A DNA stretch of 31,977 bases from a virus (taxonomy: Duplodnaviria > Caudoviricetes), in IMG/VR virus record IMGVR_UViG_3300025635_000102, positions 1-31,977 of that record; one strand, 5' to 3'. Positions within the stretch are counted from its first letter, which is position 1; each line of letters opens with the position of its first letter. Shown piece by piece: positions 23,625 to 31,976 of this stretch. The notes beneath the pieces are model-generated. The model did not search any database. It saw only the letters and a list, made by a program, of their open reading frames with translations, and had not been told where the DNA came from. A program made the position numbers and the translations under genes.

Positions 23625-26525
23625 ATGCCATACATCTCAGGTTCAGTTCCGGTCACAGGATTCGTTGCTCCAACGGATTCGGCTGATACGTATCCGTCTC
23701 ACTCGGAAGAGTGGGGAAGGGGTGGGTATCGAACTGTGGCAAACATCACCGAACGGAACGCCATTCCTTCAGGTCGCCGCAAAGCTGGCATGAAGGTGTT
23801 TGTTGTTTCTAACGGAACAGAATACACTCTTGGTTCTGGGTTGCTGGATGCTGATTGGGTTGTTTCAAAGTCAGGAGTCAGAGTTGTGCCGCTTTGGAGC
23901 GACCTTGCAGCGATTGCGGCCACTGGAATACCAAATGGAACAGCGTTTAGAGTGCTTGGAAGGGCCGCTGTTGGAGACGGTGGAGAGGGTGATTACTGGT
24001 ACGATTCCGCAAGCTCAATCGCCGCAATACCAGGTCTTGCAATCGCTCCGTCTTCAGGGGGTGGAATGTTCCTTCGATGGTATGAGGATGTAATTCGACC
24101 GCATTTGGACATGGGTGCCGACAATACTGGCACAACGGATTCCTGGGCCATCCTTCAAGCCGCACTCGACTTTGCAGCCGAGCCTACCTACGGCTGGTCA
24201 AAAGACGCTGGTTCGTCTGGGAAGCTTGGTCTTGCTGTTGAGATACATGGAATGTTCGTGACGAGCGCACCTCTCGTTATTAAGGGTGCTGTTGATTTTC
24301 GAGGGGCGAAGGTTGGCGGCAGAGCAAACGACAATAATCAGTACGCCTCTATCCATTTCAAGCACGGCGGCCACTGCATTGTGTATGACCTTAAAAACGA
24401 CGACCCGCACTACCGTTTACCTTCATTTAGAAACATCAACATAGTTGGGTACGTTGAAACTTACATCCAAGGCAAGAAGTCTATTACGAGCGTCACGTCA
24501 AGAACCGTGTTCTCAGTGGCCGATGCTGATGCTCCTTCTGGGATGGAATCGACTCTTTACTCGGCATATAATGTCTGCGTCTTCTTCGACAATGAGGGAA
24601 CGTGTCTTGGCACTGGTAGGTACATATCCATGTCGTCATCTGGCGGGTTGACGACAATCACGCTAGAAGCAGGAACGGACACTTACAGCTCAGTAAATGG
24701 GTCAGTTGGAGGTTTGCTTACAACAGCTTGCAAAGTCGTTTTTACTCCAAAGGTGACTGAAGAAAGCCAAGGTGGTATCACTGACTTTTACGATCCAGCA
24801 TCAATTGGATGCACTGGCATCTTCGTTAAAAACACCAGCCCAACGTACCTGTCCACCGCGCCGGTAATCGACAACGTGTCGATTCGGCAGTGCCTAGTTG
24901 GAATCCGAATCGGGCCTCGCTGCTTCGGCGGAAGCCCTGGAATCGGTAGCATCTCGATCATGTTCTGCAAGGTGGCGAGCTGGTGTGTGCCAAGGGCGAT
25001 CTCGACTACCGACTTCTTCTTCAACAATCAAATCTACACCCACGGCGGGCGTAGGTACGATTACGGGAGGACTGGAATGGTCAATACGCTCGACCAACCG
25101 GCGCTGGCTTACGGAACCTACGGGTTTCTTGGCATGCCTACCGTGTCGAAGTTTGACCGGCTTCTTTCCGAGGAGCACGCCTTAGCGTGCGTATACGTGT
25201 CTCGCAACATAATGATGCAGATAAACCATCTGCTATGTGATGGAGTGTGTGGAACCGGATTGCTGATTGGCCCAGGATACTCGGCTTACGTTTCTCCTGC
25301 GTCATCAACACATCACTCCAACAGCATGTGGATTGGGGCATTCTACGCTAGGCATAAGCTTGATGATGGAACCAGTTGGGACACGATCCACACGACAACT
25401 ACTCCGGTGGCAATCCGATTCGAGTCTACCACCGTTTCGCTTAACCTTCCGGTTTATGTCTACCTTGGATCTGCTGGGATAATGACGACCCAGAATTTTG
25501 GAGGTTCGCCTCCAAAATTCCCTTACGCATTTGACCTTGGAACAAGGGCAGGAAACACGAACAGGGTCCGCATTGGAATGCTCCAAGAACGGAATGGGTT
25601 CATCCTGATGCACAAAGCTGGAACCAAAGAGGTTGAGTTCGACGACAAGAGCGCCGTATCTGCTGCTGAAGTTTATACTGGTTGGTACTGGGACGTGGCT
25701 ACTTCCAAGAGAGTGTACTGCGACGCAACTCAGGACATCTTGGAGCTTTCATCGACTGGAGCAGTGCTTGGCAACTCTGCGCTCGTTGGTGTTCCGATCA
25801 AAACAATCAACTCCAGCGGCGATTGTCTTGTCATGCAGAAGACCGGAGGGAGCCCTCAGACGGTCGCCGCACGTGTCTCAACCAACGCACTGCTTTGGGC
25901 AGACTTGGACCTGAATTTGTACTTCATGTCCATGTTTGCAAACGCTTCAGCGATTCAGATGTGGATCGGATCAAACTCTGGGAACTCTGGCGCGGCTCGA
26001 TCCTCAAATCTGTATTCGGAGAATAGGATCGGTGGTGTTGATCTTGCCCCGAGCAATTTCAACTTGGTCGCTCCCGGTGGAACAGGGGCGGCTATGGCTA
26101 ATGGAGCCTTTAGTTTCTACACCGCAGACCCAGGAGCCAGCGGATCAACCCCTCAAGGAGTCTCCCTCAAGTTGCAAATCCTCAGAGAGGGTCAGTTTCG
26201 ATTCACGAACATCGCGCCAACAGTCCTTGGTGAAGGAGATTTGTGGTTCGATTCCACGAAGGGTTTTCGGCAGTACTTCAACGCCGGAAACAGACCCGTT
26301 GGGTTTAAGAGAGTTGGATCTGTTGCGCTTGTTGCCGGTGTTGCGACCGTGTCGCTTGGCGCTCTCATAACTCCGAACACATTGATTTTCCTCACGTCAC
26401 AAGCGGACGGAGGAACACCTGGATGGGTGAGGGTTTCTTCGCGTGTTGACGGTGTTTCTTTCACGATCACGTCTTCATCGAATACGGACACATCCACAGT
26501 TGGTTGGACACTTGTTGAACCATGA
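23625..26525 (+). CDS. Tail spike/fibre 2, paralog of spike 1
   Basis: Start ATG 23625 aligns with the spike 1 start; same N-terminal anchor, GDGGEGDYWYD module and MGADNTGTTDSWAILQAALD beta-helix start; C-terminal GSVALVAGVATV...SSSNTDTSTVGW fibre-tip domain. Confidence 0.85.
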   Translation: MPYISGSVPVTGFVAPTDSADTYPSHSEEWGRGGYRTVANITERNAIPSGRRKAGMKVFVVSNGTEYTLGSGLLDADWVVSKSGVRVVPLWSDLAAIAATGIPNGTAFRVLGRAAVGDGGEGDYWYDSASSIAAIPGLAIAPSSGGGMFLRWYEDVIRPHLDMGADNTGTTDSWAILQAALDFAAEPTYGWSKDAGSSGKLGLAVEIHGMFVTSAPLVIKGAVDFRGAKVGGRANDNNQYASIHFKHGGHCIVYDLKNDDPHYRLPSFRNINIVGYVETYIQGKKSITSVTSRTVFSVADADAPSGMESTLYSAYNVCVFFDNEGTCLGTGRYISMSSSGGLTTITLEAGTDTYSSVNGSVGGLLTTACKVVFTPKVTEESQGGITDFYDPASIGCTGIFVKNTSPTYLSTAPVIDNVSIRQCLVGIRIGPRCFGGSPGIGSISIMFCKVASWCVPRAISTTDFFFNNQIYTHGGRRYDYGRTGMVNTLDQPALAYGTYGFLGMPTVSKFDRLLSEEHALACVYVSRNIMMQINHLLCDGVCGTGLLIGPGYSAYVSPASSTHHSNSMWIGAFYARHKLDDGTSWDTIHTTTTPVAIRFESTTVSLNLPVYVYLGSAGIMTTQNFGGSPPKFPYAFDLGTRAGNTNRVRIGMLQERNGFILMHKAGTKEVEFDDKSAVSAAEVYTGWYWDVATSKRVYCDATQDILELSSTGAVLGNSALVGVPIKTINSSGDCLVMQKTGGSPQTVAARVSTNALLWADLDLNLYFMSMFANASAIQMWIGSNSGNSGAARSSNLYSENRIGGVDLAPSNFNLVAPGGTGAAMANGAFSFYTADPGASGSTPQGVSLKLQILREGQFRFTNIAPTVLGEGDLWFDSTKGFRQYFNAGNRPVGFKRVGSVALVAGVATVSLGALITPNTLIFLTSQADGGTPGWVRVSSRVDGVSFTITSSSNTDTSTVGWTLVEP

Positions 26526-26647
26526 AAACACTCGCAGCAATTGGTCGCCAGCCCGTTTGCAATACACGCCCGAGCATGATCCCGTCATCAATCCGAACCA
26601 ATCAAGCTGGCAGCTACGGCGAAATCATCGACATCACGGATCTGTAA
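26522..26647 (+). CDS. Small ORF, 41 aa (MKTLAAIGRQPVCNTRPSMIPSSIRTNQAGSYGEIIDITDL), not in the ORF track
   Basis: ATGA overlap with the spike 2 stop; fills the gap to the next gene. Confidence 0.5.
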   Translation: MKTLAAIGRQPVCNTRPSMIPSSIRTNQAGSYGEIIDITDL

Positions 26648-26663
26648 TGGTACAAGTCAACCC

Positions 26664-28103
26664 ATGAAGTTCAACGTCACTACAGCGACATGCACAACAT
26701 CGAACGGTGGCGCTGGCTCATGCGGAAGCAACGCGGCTGACAATCCAGAGGAGTGTCAAGACCCTCTGTATGCAGCAGACCATCCAGATATTTGCACCGA
26801 TTCCAACGGCAACCCGGTAACAATCCTACGCCTGCGAATCAACCCAACGTCAGGCTCAACCGAGGTTGGAAAATACTACCCGTTCCGAGCCATCTTGGTG
26901 TTCTCGGATGGGCGCGAGAAGGATGTCACCGACGTATCCACTTGGACCGCTGGTAATACAGCAGTTGCGACAGTTGCAACCACAGGATATGCAACAGGCG
27001 TTGCCGAAGGAATCACCACGATTGCGGCTACGTTCCGGACATACAATGCGTTCGCGCAGCTAACTATCCAAACAGCGTGCGCTGATGGGGAGGTTGACTT
27101 CTGCCTCGTCATCGACCGATCTGGCTCCATGCAGGACGTTGGAAGCGACGGGAAGACTCGGATGCAGTCCGCCATTGAGGCTACAATTGGCTTTGTCCGC
27201 AACGTCGAGTACACCACCGATCAAGTTGCTGTCGTGTCGTTCTCTGGCACCCTTGACGAAACTGGAGCTACCCCTGTTTGGGAGTCGAACACCACGGTTC
27301 ACACGACGCTTACAAGTAGCCAGACTGCCGTAGAATCTGCGGTTGCAAGCATTGACCCAGACTTCAGCCAGTGCATTCAGGCCGATCCTGTTACTGGTAA
27401 GAAGAAGTTGGTATGCCTAACAGCAATTGGAGGCGGATTACAGGCCGCGTTTGATGAACTCACTTCGTCACGGGCGCGTTCCAGTGCGCGTAAATGCGTG
27501 ATCTTGCTCACCGATGGCGGTAACAACGTCTGTGAGATTGACCCAGAAAGCGTCGCTGAGGAAATGAGGAAACATGATTTCCTTGTGTGCATCATCGGAT
27601 TGGCCATCGGTGACGGAGACGGGATGGTTCGGTGCGATGGCAAAGGATCGCAAGATGTGAAGTCGTGGCTCACGTCGCTTACCAACTGCGACTTGTTCTT
27701 CGACGCCGAAACGGCTGAAGACTTGCCCGACATCTACGCCACGCTTCCTCGCGCCGTGTGCGGATTCGAGTCAGACCCGTGCTTTTATTACCCCGATGCG
27801 ACCATCGCGTTTGAGTGGCTCACCACTTCCGCGACCGCTTCAACCGGAACTGTTGGCGTCGAGTACTCCCACAGCTTCCATGATGAGTCGAATGACTTTG
27901 GAACATGGCAAGGTGACGGCGCTGTAATCTGGACTGTAAGCGGAGACTTGCCCCCTGGGATCACTTACAACCGATGGACCAAGACATTAGAAGGAACCCC
28001 GACCGAAGCCGGGGTTTACGTTGTCAACATTGCAGGGGAAAACGGTCTGGACCCTGTGGATGTGAACGATAAGACTCTCGTTTACACCATCACCATTTCC
28101 TAG
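26664..28103 (+). CDS. Ig-like (Big_2) + von Willebrand A + putative Ig (He_PIG-like) domain protein
   Basis: Big_2 signature FSDG-x-x-KDVT...TW...AVATV...G...G...ITTIAAT; MIDAS LVIDRSGSM, TAIGGGL, ILLTDG; C-terminal GDLPPGITY...LEGTPTEAG. Confidence 0.85.
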   Translation: MKFNVTTATCTTSNGGAGSCGSNAADNPEECQDPLYAADHPDICTDSNGNPVTILRLRINPTSGSTEVGKYYPFRAILVFSDGREKDVTDVSTWTAGNTAVATVATTGYATGVAEGITTIAATFRTYNAFAQLTIQTACADGEVDFCLVIDRSGSMQDVGSDGKTRMQSAIEATIGFVRNVEYTTDQVAVVSFSGTLDETGATPVWESNTTVHTTLTSSQTAVESAVASIDPDFSQCIQADPVTGKKKLVCLTAIGGGLQAAFDELTSSRARSSARKCVILLTDGGNNVCEIDPESVAEEMRKHDFLVCIIGLAIGDGDGMVRCDGKGSQDVKSWLTSLTNCDLFFDAETAEDLPDIYATLPRAVCGFESDPCFYYPDATIAFEWLTTSATASTGTVGVEYSHSFHDESNDFGTWQGDGAVIWTVSGDLPPGITYNRWTKTLEGTPTEAGVYVVNIAGENGLDPVDVNDKTLVYTITIS

Positions 28104-30385
28104 CAACACATCATCATGTTGCTTCTGAAGGCGGATTTTGGAAGCGCGTAAGCTCCAGCAGCGTCGTATGTGCTTCTTGGGTTTCCGTCAATATCCCAAG
28201 GAATAAGAAGCTCAAGAGCTTGAGAGTTTAACGGAGACGCCACGGTTGGAGTGTAGTCTCCGTTTCCAGCGCCGGATGTGAATGTGAGGAGCGGATTCTC
28301 AACAATGCAAGCGGCATTCTTGAACCCCATTTGGGCAACTGTGCCGTAAGATGAAGTTGCTGGCTGGTAGGTTTTTATTCCAGCAAACTCCATGTAGAAG
28401 TTTCCAGGCAACGACTGTGTGTTTTGGTTGTGATGCTCTCCTGAGCAGTTTGGCCCAAACGTGCAAGGCCAACCACCAACACGAACACCGTCTGCGGTTC
28501 CAAATACATCACCCTTGTTGGCCGACCTCCCCCATGCGTTGTTTTTACGCGACCAGTACCGTCGATATTTTACAACTGAAGGAGTAGCCGAATCGTTGTA
28601 TCCAACAAAGCATCTTTCTCCGACGAACGTGTTGTTCCAGACTATGAAGTTGTCACAGGGGGTGTTTGTTGAAACGTTATCCGAGCTAGACAAGTCAGCA
28701 AGAGCGTTGCCAGCCGCGTGCCTCTGGGAATGCTCAAGAACATTTTGCACAAACGCTGTCCCGTATAAGTTTGGAAAATATGTGTTACACGACATCATAA
28801 CGGTGCTGTTCTGCCCGTTCATTATTTTGTTGTACGCGATGATGTTGTTTGCGGGTTGGGGCGCTAGCATTCCGCTGTAATCTGTCGTCAAAACAGTAGA
28901 CCCAGAAGGAGTGCCTCCGCGAAGATTTCCAAGCGTCGTGTAACACAGGATTGTACCAGAAAACCCAGGCATGTTATTACCGCGAACAAGACCCCATGGA
29001 TTATTCACGGTTGAGTTCGGCCTGAACCCTTGACCAAGCGCAGTGACTAGATTTCTTGTGGCCCACACATTTCCACCGGAGCTGTTCGCAAGCCCAACAT
29101 TCGATGTGTTGAATTCACACTGGTCAAACCATAGCGCGAGGCATCCTGAGAAAGTGTTTACCGTAGCCGTAGTGATTGTTACACCCTGCAACTTAACCCT
29201 GTCAGATAAATCTGTGGAGCTGGCGTTAGATGCTATAATCGCGCTGGACCTAGACACTCCAGATGCTGGTTTTATGGTACACCAAACAGCAGGAGTAACA
29301 CCAATTGCAGCAGTAGAAGATCCGGCAAACGCATGTGAACCGGCTTTCAAATAAATAATACCACCACCACAGTCGTTCCTTGAACGATTTGAGTTGTTGT
29401 ACGCAGAAATTGCAACCGCAGCAGCTCCGATATTAAGAAATGGAGACGCCGAAGCCGCTGAATCGTTTGATATGTCAGTTGCAACTCCTGTTGCGTTATT
29501 TCCACTTGTCGAATCGACGTATGCAACAGTGGTTCCGTAAGTTGAGTTCTTGTCGCAAATCCCAGTTTTCGGGCCGTACAAAGGAGTCGGGTCTGCGGTT
29601 CCCACAGATGTGTCCAAGATTGATCCAGAGTCGCCAATCCAAGGATAAGCTACAAAGTTGCACGTCAGCGCGGCGCTTTGGGTGAATTGGGTGTTATTGA
29701 ACGTGCAGATGTATTCAGGAACATACACGGCATCACCAATCGACTTGTCTATGGACATCTCTTTGATGTATTGAGTGTCCGTTACGGTCCCGTCTGTAGT
29801 TGTAAACTTTACAACACGAACCGGCCTTCCATATCGACCGTATGCGTGAAAAGCGACGCATCTGTTTGTTCCTGTGGACCCTTGATACAACTGGTATCCA
29901 GGCCATGACCAATTGGCGACAACCTTCGGGTACGCTACAGTTGAATTGTTTGTAACAACAATTCCAGACGATGCGTTGTTTGGAACCGCTGTTTTTGTGT
30001 AGAACCCAGAAAGAATGTTACACGTCACCGCTGTTCCTGAGTTTCCACCACCAACATTGTCTTTCTGGAAAATGTAATCAGACAAGAGTATTTGGACAGT
30101 CAAAGTTGTGCTTACAACAGCCTCCTCAAGAGAGGCGTTATTTGGATATGCTTTCCTTTGAGAATTTACCCCGTAAACCATCCTTGACACCGTTGTGGAA
30201 GCCCCTGAATCGTCATATCCAAGGCTGACAACATTGAAAACAACCTTTGGAGTGCCTGTGTTCGGGTCGTTGTTTGCTCCAAGGCCAAAAGCGTAAGTTC
30301 CTCCAACGGCAAGATTTTCAATGTCAATCTCGGCGTGATAACCATCTGAAAGCACGCGCACCGCAAGAATGTCTCCTGTAGCCAT
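28100..30385 (-). CDS. Beta-helix virion/fibre protein with choice-of-anchor-Q-like C-terminus
   Basis: YVDSTSGNNATG...SPFLNIGAA...IIYLKAG (DUF1565-like start of beta-helix), Asn-rich repeats (NNIIAYN, WNNTF) and GDYTP...DIDGNPRSTYDAAGAY. Confidence 0.7.
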   Translation of the reverse strand: MATGDILAVRVLSDGYHAEIDIENLAVGGTYAFGLGANNDPNTGTPKVVFNVVSLGYDDSGASTTVSRMVYGVNSQRKAYPNNASLEEAVVSTTLTVQILLSDYIFQKDNVGGGNSGTAVTCNILSGFYTKTAVPNNASSGIVVTNNSTVAYPKVVANWSWPGYQLYQGSTGTNRCVAFHAYGRYGRPVRVVKFTTTDGTVTDTQYIKEMSIDKSIGDAVYVPEYICTFNNTQFTQSAALTCNFVAYPWIGDSGSILDTSVGTADPTPLYGPKTGICDKNSTYGTTVAYVDSTSGNNATGVATDISNDSAASASPFLNIGAAAVAISAYNNSNRSRNDCGGGIIYLKAGSHAFAGSSTAAIGVTPAVWCTIKPASGVSRSSAIIASNASSTDLSDRVKLQGVTITTATVNTFSGCLALWFDQCEFNTSNVGLANSSGGNVWATRNLVTALGQGFRPNSTVNNPWGLVRGNNMPGFSGTILCYTTLGNLRGGTPSGSTVLTTDYSGMLAPQPANNIIAYNKIMNGQNSTVMMSCNTYFPNLYGTAFVQNVLEHSQRHAAGNALADLSSSDNVSTNTPCDNFIVWNNTFVGERCFVGYNDSATPSVVKYRRYWSRKNNAWGRSANKGDVFGTADGVRVGGWPCTFGPNCSGEHHNQNTQSLPGNFYMEFAGIKTYQPATSSYGTVAQMGFKNAACIVENPLLTFTSGAGNGDYTPTVASPLNSQALELLIPWDIDGNPRSTYDAAGAYALPKSAFRSNMMMCC

Positions 30386-30388
30386 AGA

Positions 30389-31030
30389 TTAGAATCCTCG
30401 AATCAATCCAACGCACCGCCATTTTGTGGAAGCAGTATTGTACCTGAACAAAACCTCGAATGATGCGCTTGCAGTCGTTGGCAAATCGGCAGCAACCACA
30501 TCCGTTCCAAATGCGAAAGCAGAGTTCCAAGTGTATGTCCATCCGCCTGTTCCGTTTTGCGTAAACCTGAATGTGGCGGTTTGACCGTCTGATGGGGTTC
30601 CAGTTGGCGCGTTGATTGTGATATTCCCAGTCAGCGTTCCAACATTGAAAATTCCATACGAGTTGATGTCCGGAGTGATGGATGAATTGTAGGCGACATC
30701 GGTTGCAGGCTTGGTTCCAGAGCCAGATCCGCCGCCGCCATCCGCGTCATATGGAGCATTGTCGATGTATGTGATGACTGAAGCAGTTCCAGCAGTAGCG
30801 CCAACCCTAGCTAGATAAATCTTGTTCGCGGTTCCAGCGGAAGTTGTGTACGCGGGAATCCCAGTAGTCTTGTCGGCGATGATATACCCGACCGTGTTGT
30901 TCGTAACAGAAACGTCACCCCCGCCGCACGACACAAGCCCGGTTGAAGTAAGAACTGTGAATGGATAGACTCGGATTGTTAATCCGCCAATAGCCCCAAC
31001 TGGAGCAATTTGAGTAGAGATTAGGCTCAT
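30389..31030 (-). CDS. Tail-fibre/decoration protein with C-terminal jelly-roll tip domain
   Basis: TLTGNITINAPTGTPSDGQ...TQNGTGGWTYTW...FRYN...KW motif, common at phage fibre C-termini; Gly linker GGGGSGSG. Confidence 0.7.
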   Translation of the reverse strand: MSLISTQIAPVGAIGGLTIRVYPFTVLTSTGLVSCGGGDVSVTNNTVGYIIADKTTGIPAYTTSAGTANKIYLARVGATAGTASVITYIDNAPYDADGGGGSGSGTKPATDVAYNSSITPDINSYGIFNVGTLTGNITINAPTGTPSDGQTATFRFTQNGTGGWTYTWNSAFAFGTDVVAADLPTTASASFEVLFRYNTASTKWRCVGLIRGF

Positions 31031-31359
31031 GGAATGTTGACTGTAATAATGACCTGTCTGACGAGATTTTGAGGGGCAGGAGGCGTTGAATTGTTGTAAA
31101 CAACAATGTTGCTTGGAAGGCTTTCCAAACCAGAGTCATTAACCGATGTAACGTACACGTAGTTTGTGCCCTTTAGCATTGTCTTCAAGTCAACCAGAAC
31201 ATTTGTCCTTCCTTGGATTGCGACAGTGGACATGACGTTTGTTGAGAGCCCGTAGTATGCCTTGTACCCAATCACGGATTGGTCCGTGACAATATCCCAA
31301 GTGAATTGAGCCGCCGACACCGACGCGATAGTTGCGGCGAATGCTGTAATAAATTTCAT
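31027..31359 (-). CDS. Secreted single fibronectin type III domain protein
   Basis: Signal peptide MKFITAFAATIASVSA-A; FN3 pattern TWD...GYKAYYG...YVYVTSVNDSGLESLPSN, then PPAPQNL. Confidence 0.8.
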   Translation of the reverse strand: MKFITAFAATIASVSAAQFTWDIVTDQSVIGYKAYYGLSTNVMSTVAIQGRTNVLVDLKTMLKGTNYVYVTSVNDSGLESLPSNIVVYNNSTPPAPQNLVRQVIITVNIP

Positions 31360-31368
31360 GGAGTATTG

Positions 31369-31671
31369 TTAAAAATCAGGAAGCGGGCTTGTTTGGCCAG
31401 CCATTTCATGTGTGCTTTCTTGCGCGAATTTAATCTGCCCATCGGTGATTGTGGATTTGCAAATATACGGTTGAGATCCTGTCAGGTTATCAATCGTAAG
31501 ACTTATTGGCTGCGTAAATGACGGCTCCTCATCTGATCCGTTCCAGTCCCAAACAGCCCCAGAACCACCCTGCTTCACAAGCACTTGCACGTAATGTTGA
31601 ATGCGACAAGCGGGGCAGAAGAAAACAATCCTCTGATTTGTTTGGTTGTCGTGTATGTAGATTTTTGACAT
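31369..31671 (-). CDS. DUF6527-like putative Zn-binding protein
   Basis: FFCPAC...H...WDWNG...PSF..PI...C-K-S-x-I-x-DG-x-I-x-F...TH-x-x-AGQT..LP; start reassigned to ATG 31671. Confidence 0.8.
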   Translation of the reverse strand: MSKIYIHDNQTNQRIVFFCPACRIQHYVQVLVKQGGSGAVWDWNGSDEEPSFTQPISLTIDNLTGSQPYICKSTITDGQIKFAQESTHEMAGQTSPLPDF

Positions 31672-31682
31672 GTCGATTTCAG

Positions 31683-31976
31683 TTACCAGCACATGACAAT
31701 TGCATACCCCAATCCACCAGCGCCACCGTTTCCACCAAGGCCAGGGTTCATTCCGCATCCACCACCGCCACCACCACCACCACCGCGACCACCAGCGCCA
31801 CCGGGTTGACCTGCTGTAGATGCCGCCACGGTTGACCCGCCACCGCCACCACCACTGCCGCCGCGATAGCTGTTTCCGTCAGTTCCAGCAGATCCAGCAG
31901 TCGGAACAGCTCCGGAAGTGCCAGCAGCTCCACCGCCTCCGACAGCAAACACGCCAGATCCACCACCAGCGGATGC
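31683..31976 (-). CDS. Glycine-rich virion/tail protein, C-terminal fragment (5'-truncated)
   Basis: Frame is open to the window edge; GGGGGG tracts ending GGNGGAGGLGYAIVMCW, the usual end of phage glycine-rich domains. Confidence 0.8.
   Translation of the reverse strand, partial: ASAGGGSGVFAVGGGGAAGTSGAVPTAGSAGTDGNSYRGGSGGGGGGSTVAASTAGQPGGAGGRGGGGGGGGGCGMNPGLGGNGGAGGLGYAIVMCW

Noticed and set aside
20632-30385. Diversity-generating retroelement target/template pair in the fibre genes
   Set aside because: No reverse transcriptase and no near-identical repeat differing only at adenines was seen; the spike repeat differs at synonymous positions of all bases. A by-eye search cannot exclude a template outside the window.
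17382-31671. A phage-encoded ubiquitin-like conjugation system (E1-FCCH-like modules plus DUF6527)
   Set aside because: No ThiF/E1 adenylation domain, E2, JAB or beta-grasp Ubl is visible. The FCCH-like modules are structural inserts far from the DUF6527 gene.
31714-31970. CCA/CCG trinucleotide tracts as a microsatellite or CRISPR-like repeat
   Set aside because: They encode poly-Gly on the minus strand of a glycine-rich virion protein; no repeat-spacer periodicity.
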